Shown here piece by piece: positions 9,752-17,744 of a DNA stretch of 64,000 nucleotides. Each line of letters opens with the position of its first letter. Position 1 is the stretch's first letter. A program made the translations under genes and the position numbers. The notes beneath the pieces were generated by a model, which had not been told where the DNA came from, searched no databases, and saw only the letters and a program-made list of their open reading frames with translations. This stretch comes from Bacteroidota bacterium (GTDB taxonomy: Bacteria > Bacteroidota > Bacteroidia > Chitinophagales > Chitinophagaceae): positions 4,745 to 68,744 of the forward strand of contig SXXL01000016.1 of NCBI GenBank assembly GCA_005789565.1. Reading direction: 5' to 3'.

Positions 9752-10779
9752 CGGCCATGGTCGCGTTGGCGGGCGAGGAATTCGCTGGAGTAGATGCGCA
9801 ACAGGAGGTTGAATAGGGAGATCAGCAGGGGACCGAAAATCAGTCCGATGAATCCGAAAAGATTGAGTCCGATGATCACACCGAATACGGTGGTGAGCGG
9901 GTGTACATCGCCGATCTTTCGCAGCAGGGAAAAGCGCAGGAGGTTGTCGACCGTTCCAATGATGCCGAATCCGAAGATGGCCATGGCGATGCCTTGTCCG
10001 ATGGCGCCATCGGCCAGAAACATCACGGTGAGCGGGATGTACGCGAGGGCGGCACCGATCACGGGAATCATACCGGCAATGCAGGTTATACCGAACCAGA
10101 AAAGAGGTTCATCGACCCCGATCAGCCAATAACCCACTACGCCAACGATGCCTTGTGCCACGGCTACGACGGGAATGCCCACGGCATTAGACACCACCAT
10201 GGTGTGGATCTCTTTTTCGAGTTTTTCAACGTTGTGATCTTGGAGGGGAATGTACTCGTACAGCATTTTTTCCATTTCTCTTCCGCTGACGAACATGAAG
10301 TAGAGAATGAAATACATGAAGAAGATCGCGGTGAGTCCGTTGAACGTTGCCCCCAGGATCTTCGGCACGGCGGTGCTGACGGTATTGCCGATGCGGGCAA
10401 TGTTTTCGTCGCTCAGCAATTCAATATCATATCGGGCTTCGAAGGAGGCGATGGTTTCATGGATGGCGGCGATCCATTCGTTGGCATGGGAGACGGCGTA
10501 GGTGACCTTGTCGTAGAGCATGTCGACCAGCATCCAGAGCGGCAGTAGAATGAGGATCAGTGAAACGAACATCAGCAGACTGGCAGCGGCACCGGATCGC
10601 CATTTTCTTTTTTCGACCAGGTAGAACATGGATTTGCGCAGCAGGATGTAGAGGGTGGCGGCACCCAGGGCGGCGGGGACGAAGGCATATAATTCTATGA
10701 ATAGCAGGATGCCCAATCCCGCGATGAGCAATAAAAAGACGATCTGTCGGAGGCGATTTTGGTCAATCGTATTGTGCAT
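9745..10779 (-). CDS. AI-2E family transporter (PerM/UPF0118)
   Basis: 344 aa multi-TM protein with family-typical C-terminal segments (GLNLFGFIGLIFGPLL). Confidence 0.8.
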   Translation of the reverse strand: MHNTIDQNRLRQIVFLLLIAGLGILLFIELYAFVPAALGAATLYILLRKSMFYLVEKRKWRSGAAASLLMFVSLILILLPLWMLVDMLYDKVTYAVSHANEWIAAIHETIASFEARYDIELLSDENIARIGNTVSTAVPKILGATFNGLTAIFFMYFILYFMFVSGREMEKMLYEYIPLQDHNVEKLEKEIHTMVVSNAVGIPVVAVAQGIVGVVGYWLIGVDEPLFWFGITCIAGMIPVIGAALAYIPLTVMFLADGAIGQGIAMAIFGFGIIGTVDNLLRFSLLRKIGDVHPLTTVFGVIIGLNLFGFIGLIFGPLLISLFNLLLRIYSSEFLARQRDHGRQ

Positions 10780-10908
10780 GGTCTGAAATTCCCTTCAAAT
10801 TAGGGATTTCGGCGGATTGGCCGGTAAATGACCGAAGACAGCTGCGGGGCGGAGGATCATCACTCCTTTGGCGGTTGTGCCAATCGATATTGCCATTAAA
10901 ACAAGGAT

Positions 10909-11127
10909 ATGAAAACATCAACAAAAGTTGCGGTGGCATTGGGTGTGGGCTTGGTGGTTGGCAGTGTATTGGGTGTTTTGTACGCACCGGCGAAGGGGGC
11001 GGATACCCGAGAAAAATTTCAGCGGCAGCGAAAAAAATGGCGAGAGCGGATTGATCGGGGCGTGCGGACCAGCCAGGATATTTTATCAAAAGTAGCCGAG
11101 CGGGTGGACGAGGCGGTCGGCGATTAA
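10909..11127 (+). CDS. YtxH domain-containing protein
   Basis: 72 aa. N-terminal TM followed by YAPAKGADTREKF, the YtxH signature. Confidence 0.7.
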   Translation: MKTSTKVAVALGVGLVVGSVLGVLYAPAKGADTREKFQRQRKKWRERIDRGVRTSQDILSKVAERVDEAVGD

Positions 11128-11145
11128 ATATCGTATCTTCCGTAC

Positions 11146-11505
11146 ATGTTTGATGAACTCCGGAAAATCGAATCCCTGATCGATGAAGGGAAGCAGTATC
11201 TGCAGACGCGCCTTGACCAACTGAAACTATCGGCAGCCGACAAATCAGCACGGTTGTTGTCGCTGACCATCTCCGTTTTTCTGACCGCGGCCGTCTTCTT
11301 TTTATTCTTTGTCTTGATCGCGGTGGCCGGTGCTTTTTTTCTGGGGGATTGGTTGGGCAGTCGGGGACTGGGATTTCTGCTCATGGCCTTGTTAACCTTG
11401 TTGTTGGCGGGCTGGGTTTGGTCGAGACGGGAGCGTTGGATCCGTCGGCCCATCCGAAATGCTTTGCTACGGGTCTTGTTTGAAGAGGAGAAAAAACATG
11501 AATAA
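11146..11505 (+). CDS. Holin-X/DUF1469-type small membrane protein
   Basis: 119 aa with an amphipathic N-terminus and two TM helices. The usual partner of YtxH genes in Bacteroidota. Confidence 0.55.
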   Translation: MFDELRKIESLIDEGKQYLQTRLDQLKLSAADKSARLLSLTISVFLTAAVFFLFFVLIAVAGAFFLGDWLGSRGLGFLLMALLTLLLAGWVWSRRERWIRRPIRNALLRVLFEEEKKHE

Positions 11506-11752
11506 GTCAAAACCCTGGGAGGATTTTGAGGGTTATCGGTTGCAGCTGCAACGCCGACGGTTGGAGCAGGAGCAGCGGATGACGGAAGATTGGCATTCCC
11601 TTCGTCGCTCTTGGCAGGAAAACGGAGATTGGGTCCGAAAACAAGTGGAAACCCTTTCATCCGGCCAGCCGGAGAACCTAATCTGGGGGCCGGTAGGAAG
11701 ATTCCTATTCGATCTGGTTCGCAGTAAATTGTTTCGCTCCCATCGGCGCTGA
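11498..11752 (+). CDS. Hypothetical protein (third gene of the YtxH trio)
   Basis: The ATG at 11498 overlaps the previous stop. 84 aa, charged, with no recognisable motif. Confidence 0.4.
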   Translation: MNKSKPWEDFEGYRLQLQRRRLEQEQRMTEDWHSLRRSWQENGDWVRKQVETLSSGQPENLIWGPVGRFLFDLVRSKLFRSHRR

Positions 11753-11760
11753 TCATATAT

Positions 11761-11788
11761 AAAAACCCCGACATTTGTTGGGGTTTTT
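11761..11788 (+). terminator. Rho-independent terminator-like hairpin
   Basis: AAAAACCCC-N10-GGGGTTTTT lies directly after the stop at 11752. An A-run upstream and a T-run downstream make it potentially bidirectional. Confidence 0.6.
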
Positions 11789-11832
11789 GCTGCTGCCCCG
11801 TCATATACTCATATCTTTTATAAGATAGCCCC

Positions 11833-14190
11833 ATGTCTCAACGTCGCCTCCAGCAATTTTTGAAGAAATGGGAAACGGAGGGGAGGGCCATGCCCGAATT
11901 GCCCCAAGAGCTGATGGAGGTATTGAAGGAAGCCAACCAGCAGTTTCAGGACTTGGAACAGGAGAAAAAATCACTGGAGAAGTCCCTCGCCACCGAGCAG
12001 GAAAAAGCCTACGACCAATTCTACCGGCTGAACACGTTTCTGGAGTCGACCGATTCGGTCCACTACATTCTCTACAAGAATCATCCTGAGAAAAACTTTT
12101 TCACGTCCCGCTGGCCCTTGCTGTTCGGATTCAATCCCACGAATTTCTGTGATCCGTTGACGGAGCGACAGAAATGGATCCTTGCCTCTTCGCAGGTGGC
12201 TTACCGCGAGGCCATGCAAAAATTGGATTTCAATGGGCAAACCACCATCAAGTACCAGGTGGAGAATGCCAAGAATCACAAACAACTCTGGCTGGAGGAG
12301 GAGATCAAGAAAAAATACGATCCTTTTCTGGAGGATGAGGTGCTGACCGGACGCATTCAGGATATCAGCGGGGTGGAGTATTACCGCGAATACATCCTGG
12401 AGAGTGAAAAACGGTTCAAACGAGTGACCGACGCCCTACCGGTAATGGTTTGGGTGTCCGATCAAAATCATATCGTCACATACACCAATGATAAGACCAA
12501 GGAGTTTTTTGGCGTTTCACTCGAAGACATGAAAGGGCAGTTCGATTTTGCCCCTCTGGTACATCCGGATCACCGTAAGAAAGCCATCCAGGAATGGGGG
12601 AAAAAACTGCAGCGGCAGGAACCGATCGATGATGTCTTCATGGTCAAAAGTGCGGATGGCTTGTACCACTACCTCCACGAGGTAGCCGTGCCGCGTTTTT
12701 TGGATAGCGGAAAATTCGTCGGGTATATTGGTGCCTACTTCGATCAGACCAAAGAGTATCAGTATCAAAAGGAGCTGGAGGCCGATAAACAACAGTTCGA
12801 TCTCATTGCGATGAATTCCAGCGACGTCACCGTAATTACCAACTGGAAGGGTGTCATCTCCTACATCTCTCCGGGGGTGTATCGATTGTTGGGCTATCAG
12901 CCCGAGGAAATGAATGGCGGAAATCTCTATGATCATATCGGTGCGGGGTATCAAAGGAGTATTCAGACTCAGCTTTCCAAAAAAGAATTTCCGCCCGCAG
13001 CGATCAAAAACCTTTCTTTTCAATTGGTGCGCAAGAACCAGGAGCTTCTTTGGGTCGAAACAGCGGCGCAAGTCGTGGAGGCGCCGACCGACAAGCATCA
13101 GAACCTGATCTTTCATATTCGGGATGTGCACGAACAGCAATTGGCTAAACAGGCCCTACAGTCGAGCGAGGAAAAATTTCGTACACTATTCGAAAACATG
13201 GACTTGGGTGTCTTGGAGGTCGACAACGAAGACCGGATCCTCTATGCCAACCAAGCTTTTGAAAAGATCTCCGGGTATACACTCGCCGAGATGCAAGGAC
13301 AGGTGGCAGCCCAACTTTTTTTGTCAAAGCCGGAGGACGTGAAAATGGTCAAGAGCCAGAAACGAATTCGGGAAAAAGGCAAAGAATCGGTTTACGAGGT
13401 GAATATCATACGCAAATCCGGCGAGGTCGCGAATATGATTATCAGCGGTGCACCGGTGATTGATTGGAGTGGAAAAATTCGTGGGTCCGTCGGTATTCAC
13501 TGGGATGTAACCCGGATCCGATCGATGGAACGACAACTGATCGAAGACCGGATCAATCAGGAAAAATATATTCTGGAGGCTAAATTGCAGGCCGAAGAAG
13601 ATCAGCGATCACAGATCGGAAGAGACCTGCACGACGGGGTAGGTCAAATGCTCGCGTACATGTCCTTGTTGTTGAACATGATGAAAGAGAAAGCCGCGTA
13701 TGATCCGGAGGATATCGATCGGCTGGGCAAAACCGTTGCCCAAACACTGGAGCAAGTGCGCACCCTGGCCCGCACCCTGGCCCCGCCGGCGATCCGCGAT
13801 CTGGGTCTGCGCGACTCCGTGGTGGAACTGATCGATAGCTACGGGATCCTGACCCGACCGGTATTCAAGCTGAAGGTGTATCCGCAGTCCGACGACAAGC
13901 GGATCAACCTCGACAAAAAGATCGTGGTCTTCCGCGTGCTGCAGGAACTACTGAACAATACGTTCAAGTATGCCAATGCCGATACCATTTTCATTCACCT
14001 GTATTTCCAGAATGGGTTTTTCCACCTGGATTATAGAGATGATGGAAAGGGATTTGACATCAATAATATAAAAAAGGGCGTGGGACTCGACAGCATGCGT
14101 TCCCGCATTGCGTTTTACAAGGGAAGCATTGAGATCCAATCCACGCCCGGAAAAGGAACCGAAACCATCATCCAACTGCCAATCGACTAA
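11833..14190 (+). CDS. Multi-PAS sensor histidine kinase (HisKA_3/NarX-type)
   Basis: 785 aa with several PAS-like blocks, the H-box LHDGVGQMLAY, and an HATPase_c end (DDGKGF...GVGLDSMRSR...PGKGT). Confidence 0.85.
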   Translation: MSQRRLQQFLKKWETEGRAMPELPQELMEVLKEANQQFQDLEQEKKSLEKSLATEQEKAYDQFYRLNTFLESTDSVHYILYKNHPEKNFFTSRWPLLFGFNPTNFCDPLTERQKWILASSQVAYREAMQKLDFNGQTTIKYQVENAKNHKQLWLEEEIKKKYDPFLEDEVLTGRIQDISGVEYYREYILESEKRFKRVTDALPVMVWVSDQNHIVTYTNDKTKEFFGVSLEDMKGQFDFAPLVHPDHRKKAIQEWGKKLQRQEPIDDVFMVKSADGLYHYLHEVAVPRFLDSGKFVGYIGAYFDQTKEYQYQKELEADKQQFDLIAMNSSDVTVITNWKGVISYISPGVYRLLGYQPEEMNGGNLYDHIGAGYQRSIQTQLSKKEFPPAAIKNLSFQLVRKNQELLWVETAAQVVEAPTDKHQNLIFHIRDVHEQQLAKQALQSSEEKFRTLFENMDLGVLEVDNEDRILYANQAFEKISGYTLAEMQGQVAAQLFLSKPEDVKMVKSQKRIREKGKESVYEVNIIRKSGEVANMIISGAPVIDWSGKIRGSVGIHWDVTRIRSMERQLIEDRINQEKYILEAKLQAEEDQRSQIGRDLHDGVGQMLAYMSLLLNMMKEKAAYDPEDIDRLGKTVAQTLEQVRTLARTLAPPAIRDLGLRDSVVELIDSYGILTRPVFKLKVYPQSDDKRINLDKKIVVFRVLQELLNNTFKYANADTIFIHLYFQNGFFHLDYRDDGKGFDINNIKKGVGLDSMRSRIAFYKGSIEIQSTPGKGTETIIQLPID

Positions 14191-14192
14191 TC

Positions 14193-14837
14193 ATGTCTAC
14201 GAAAATCAAGATCGTTATCGCCGACGACCATGTTCTGATCGCTGAGACCTGGGCCACGCTGATCAACCTCGATCCCGGTTATGAAGTGATCAAGGTGTAT
14301 AACAACACGCAAGCCCTGCTGGACGAGGTGGCCACGCTACAGCCGCAGATCATTATCCTGGATATCAATATCGCGCCCATCAGCGGACTGGATGCCGTGA
14401 AACTGATCCGCGAAAAATCGCCCGATTCCCGTACCATCGGGGTCTCCATGCACAACCAACCCTCCTTTGCTAAGCGGATGATCTCCAACGGCGCCATGGG
14501 CTATGTTACCAAGAACTCACCCAAGGCCGAGATGTACAAGGCGATCAATGAAGTGATGGACGGGCGCACCTATATCTGCTCAGAGATAAAGGACCGGATC
14601 ACACAAAATATTCTGATCGAGGATGAGGCGTCTGCCCGACTCAATTCTCTCACCGACCGTGAGCTGGATGTCATCAAACTGCTCAAGGAGGGTTGTACCA
14701 CCGAGCAGATCTCTGAAAAACTATCCCTTTCTCCCCGCACGGTCGATACCCATCGGGCCCGGATCCTGAAAAAACTCAAACTAAAAAACTCGCTTTCCCT
14801 GATCAATCTCATCCACGAGCGGCTTCCCTACCTATAG
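14193..14837 (+). CDS. Response regulator transcription factor, LuxR/NarL family
   Basis: 214 aa. Receiver domain (IADDH...ILDINI...) plus a LuxR HTH (LTDRELDVIKLL...LSPRTVDTHRARILKKL). Starts 2 nt after the kinase stop. Confidence 0.9.
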   Translation: MSTKIKIVIADDHVLIAETWATLINLDPGYEVIKVYNNTQALLDEVATLQPQIIILDINIAPISGLDAVKLIREKSPDSRTIGVSMHNQPSFAKRMISNGAMGYVTKNSPKAEMYKAINEVMDGRTYICSEIKDRITQNILIEDEASARLNSLTDRELDVIKLLKEGCTTEQISEKLSLSPRTVDTHRARILKKLKLKNSLSLINLIHERLPYL

Positions 14838-14846
14838 GTTTGCTGT

Positions 14847-15218
14847 ATGCAAGTCACGATCCCCCTCCACGCATTGATCTGCACACCCGACCCAGAGGCG
14901 CAGCTCGCGCTTCAATTCTTTGCCCAGAACCACCCCGCCATCGCCGGCATCCGCCGGGTCGATACTTGGGCGGAGACATTGGGCGCGGCCGCCCGCAGTG
15001 AATTGATCTTTTTAGACCCGCGCATCATTCCCTCCCCGGAAGCCTTGAATCAGATCGCACCCGGCGCTTCCGTCATTCTGCTGGCCGGCGATCCACACGA
15101 TTGCCGTCGTTTTCGGGGAACGCGCGCACGGAGTTGCCTGCTCACCCCGGTCACCTGGGAGTCGTTTCAATGGACGATGCGCTCCGTGCAACCCATGTAT
15201 GCAAAAGAGACGGCATGA
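14847..15218 (+). CDS. Hypothetical protein, possibly a degenerate receiver-like domain
   Basis: 123-aa ORF starting 9 nt after the response regulator. Weak receiver-like pattern (LIFLDPRI...VILLAGD...LLTPVTWESF). Confidence 0.35.
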   Translation: MQVTIPLHALICTPDPEAQLALQFFAQNHPAIAGIRRVDTWAETLGAAARSELIFLDPRIIPSPEALNQIAPGASVILLAGDPHDCRRFRGTRARSCLLTPVTWESFQWTMRSVQPMYAKETA

Positions 15219-15221
15219 AAA

Positions 15222-15241
15222 AAGGCACCCGGAGGTGCCTT
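15222..15241. terminator. Bidirectional terminator hairpin between convergent genes
   Basis: AAGGCACC-CGGA-GGTGCCTT is preceded by an A-run and lies between the stops at 15218 (+) and 15265 (-). Confidence 0.6.
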
Positions 15242-15264
15242 CATTCAGTTGAGCAAAGCAGGGT

Positions 15265-15666
15265 TTAGCTCAGGTTCTTGGCCAAATGCTTCGCCATGTC
15301 AAACATGGATACCTGGCTCTTTCCACCGAAAACGGCTTTGAGCTTGGCATCCGCATTGATCATGCGCTTGTTGGTTTTGTCCTGCAGCTTGTTGGCTTTG
15401 ATGTAACCCCAGATCTTCTTCACCACTTCGGTGCGGGGGATAGCCTTGCTTCCTACTACCGCAGCCAGGTTTGCGCTGGGGGTGAGGGGCTTCATGAAGG
15501 CAGCAGAAGGTTTGCGGGCGGATTTCTTCTTCTTAACTGCTTTTTTCACAGCTTTCTTAGCTGGTTTTTTCGCTGCTTTCTTCACAGCTTTCTTGGCGGG
15601 TTTCTTTGCCGCTTTCTTAGCAGGCTTCTTGGCTGCTTTCTTGGCGGCTTTCTTTTTTGTTGCCAT
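15265..15666 (-). CDS. SWIB/MDM2 domain protein with an N-terminal histone-H1-like Lys/Ala/Pro repeat tail
   Basis: 133 aa. N-terminus is MATKKKAAKKAAKKPAKKAAKKPAKKAVKK.... The C-terminal SWIB-like core is PSANLAAVVGSKAIPRTEVVKKIWGYIKANKLQD...INADAKLKAVFG. Confidence 0.85.
   Translation of the reverse strand: MATKKKAAKKAAKKPAKKAAKKPAKKAVKKAAKKPAKKAVKKAVKKKKSARKPSAAFMKPLTPSANLAAVVGSKAIPRTEVVKKIWGYIKANKLQDKTNKRMINADAKLKAVFGGKSQVSMFDMAKHLAKNLS
15547..15654. repeat. 3 x 36-bp imperfect tandem repeat encoding the KKAAKKPAKKAV units of the SWIB protein tail
   Basis: Units at 15547-15582, 15583-15618 and 15619-15654 align by eye. Confidence 0.75.
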
Positions 15667-15842
15667 GGTTAAAGGTTTTAGAATTTAAATGGGTTTGATT
15701 TGCAAACCGCAAACAAATATATGAGAAATCCTTTCTCTTCCAAGAGAGAAAAATATTTTTTCCGAGAGAAAAGAATCCACCCGACCCCGATATCTCCTCG
15801 GAAACGGGAAGGATTTTGTTCATTTGCAGTCGAACGCAAACC

Positions 15843-16580
15843 ATGACCACCGACCTATCCTGGCTCTCCCGAACCCAGTTGCTCATTGGGGAAACGGCAC
15901 TCCGCCAATTGGCGAAGGCACATGTTTGTGTCGTGGGACTGGGCGGTGTCGGCTCCTATGCCGCCGAGTTCATCGCCCGTGCCGGCATTGGGAAAATGAC
16001 CATCATCGACGGGGATGTGGTGGATCCCACCAACCGAAATCGACAACTGCCCGCCTTGGCCACCAACCATGGTTTGCCCAAAGCCACCGTCATGGCCGAG
16101 CGCCTGCAAGCCATCAATCCGGAGCTGGAACTAAATGTCATCGATGCCTTCATCCGCCCCGAGCACGTGCTGGATTCCCTGGCCGCCGCCCCCAACTACC
16201 TGATCGATGCCATCGACAGCATCACGCCCAAGATCACGTTCATCAAAACCGCCTTGGAAAGAAAGATCCCTCTCGTGAGCAGCATGGGCGCCGGTGCCAA
16301 ATTGGATCCCACCCGATTGCAAGTGGTCGATATCTCCGAAACATACAACTGCCCCTTCGCCCAACAGATTCGAAAACAACTTAAATCCCGCTATGGCATC
16401 CGTCAAGGGTTGAAAGTCGTTTTCTCACCCGAAGAGCCCATCAAGAAAAGCCTCATGCTCACCGACGGTAAAAATTTCAAGAAATCCGCTTACGGTACGA
16501 TTTCCTATCTCCCCGCCGTGTTCGGAGCCGTGTGTGCATCCGTAGCCATACGGGAGATTATGGTGAAGGATGAAGGGTGA
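15843..16580 (+). CDS. tcdA: tRNA threonylcarbamoyladenosine dehydratase (ThiF/E1-like)
   Basis: ATG at 15843. Contains VCVVGLGGVGSYAAEFIARAGIGKMTIIDGDVVDPTNRNRQ, the E1-like Rossmann fold typical of TcdA/CsdL. Confidence 0.8.
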   Translation: MTTDLSWLSRTQLLIGETALRQLAKAHVCVVGLGGVGSYAAEFIARAGIGKMTIIDGDVVDPTNRNRQLPALATNHGLPKATVMAERLQAINPELELNVIDAFIRPEHVLDSLAAAPNYLIDAIDSITPKITFIKTALERKIPLVSSMGAGAKLDPTRLQVVDISETYNCPFAQQIRKQLKSRYGIRQGLKVVFSPEEPIKKSLMLTDGKNFKKSAYGTISYLPAVFGAVCASVAIREIMVKDEG

Positions 16581-16591
16581 AGGCGTTGGGC

Positions 16592-16690
16592 GTTTAGAGA
16601 GCAGGGTTTAGCGTTTAGCACAAAAGGGTATTCACGCGCAGCTCAGAGATTTTATACTACACCTTAAACCCTAAACCCTGTTCCCTAAAC
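16592..16690. repeat. GTTTAG-family intergenic hairpin (27-nt arms, about 44-nt loop)
   Basis: The left arm GTTTAGAGAGCAGGGTTTAGCGTTTAG matches the reverse complement of the right arm (GTTTAGGGAACAGGGTTTAGGGTTTAAG) at about 24 of 27 positions. Confidence 0.7.
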
Positions 16691-16738
16691 CTGATTCTGG
16701 TTCTTTTTTTGATCTCGCCAGATTCGGAGATTTCGGAA

Positions 16739-17389
16739 ATGGATGCAATCTTGTTCGAAGACCGCAAAGCCGCCACGGATGCCCTGATCAAGATCATTCC
16801 GCCCATCGATCCGGCCCATACGATCATGCTGGGTATACCCAGAGGAGGAGTGCCAATGGCTGCTCAGATCGCCAAGGTCCTTCATGTACCGGTGGACATA
16901 TTACTGATCCGCAAACTCACCTCCCCCACAAATCCTGAGTACGCTATCGGTGCCGTCAGTCTCGATCAAACCTGGATCGATGAGCGAAGTCATTTATCCG
17001 ATCGGGCCTTGAATCAAGCGATCGAAGAAACCCGTGCGTTGCTGCGGACCCGCGACAAATTATATCGCCAACAAAAACCTTTTCCCAACCTGCATCAAAA
17101 AACCGTGATCCTGGTCGATGACGGCATCGCCACCGGTCGCACCCTCCTGCATGCCATCCAACTGATCCGCCAACACCAACCCCAAGCCATCTGGGTAGCC
17201 GTACCGCTCTCCGCCCCCGAGGCCGCCAAACGCATCCAACCCCTGGTCGACCGATTCCTCTGCCTCCACCAACCAGAACCCTTTATCGGCGTCGGCCGCT
17301 TCTACCGATCCTTCCCCGCCGTAACAGACCACGAAGTGATCCAGTCCCTCCGCCCCAATCCACCCCGGCCTGTCATTCAGTCTGAATAG
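16739..17389 (+). CDS. Phosphoribosyltransferase-family protein
   Basis: ATG at 16739. PRPP-binding loop VILVDDGIATGRT. Confidence 0.75.
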   Translation: MDAILFEDRKAATDALIKIIPPIDPAHTIMLGIPRGGVPMAAQIAKVLHVPVDILLIRKLTSPTNPEYAIGAVSLDQTWIDERSHLSDRALNQAIEETRALLRTRDKLYRQQKPFPNLHQKTVILVDDGIATGRTLLHAIQLIRQHQPQAIWVAVPLSAPEAAKRIQPLVDRFLCLHQPEPFIGVGRFYRSFPAVTDHEVIQSLRPNPPRPVIQSE

Positions 17390-17744
17390 CAAATGGTTGA
17401 TAAACAGTTGATTGTATATCTGAATGCGACGAAAAGGTACAAAAGCTAACAATTGTTAGTACCATAAATTGAGTCGATGTACGCTGGTGCTAGAGTTTAG
17501 CCGGGCTTAAGCCTGATTTTTTCCGGGAAAAGACCGAAAAAAAATTACATTTAACATTCAGTAAATCAGCCCAAAGTTGACTGTTTTTCGTGGGAAGTCT
17601 TCGGACCGGTTCCGCCCAGACTTTTACTCGTTCATGGTCGCCGTCGGGTGAACACGACTGCTTTATTACCAACCGAAACTCCTTTTTCAATCCGGCCATA
17701 TGGTCGGGAGCAATAATTGTTATAGCAAAACCAAAACCGATATT

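Noticed and set aside
11146-11505. A 'phage holin family' type protein as a hint of a prophage.
   Set aside because: No phage structural, integrase or lysis genes are nearby. The YtxH / holin-X-like / small protein trio is a common chromosomal stress-type cluster.
11124-11834. A 236-aa minus-strand ORF covers the YtxH-trio region.
   Set aside because: It is antisense to three plus-strand genes with family signatures and reads through the terminator hairpin. The composition is low-complexity (P/R/S-rich).
15843-16580. A possible functional island for t6A metabolism, since tcdA is here and Sua5/TsaC is at 40702-41604.
   Set aside because: The two genes are 24 kb apart, on opposite strands and in unrelated contexts. 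This is a coincidental co-occurrence of housekeeping genes.
16592-16618. GTTTAGAGAGCAG... superficially resembles the 5' end of some CRISPR repeats and recurs at 58495 and 60272.
   Set aside because: There are only three dispersed copies, tens of kb apart. There is no regular repeat-spacer periodicity and no cas genes in the window. The copies form self-complementary hairpins typical of REP-like elements.
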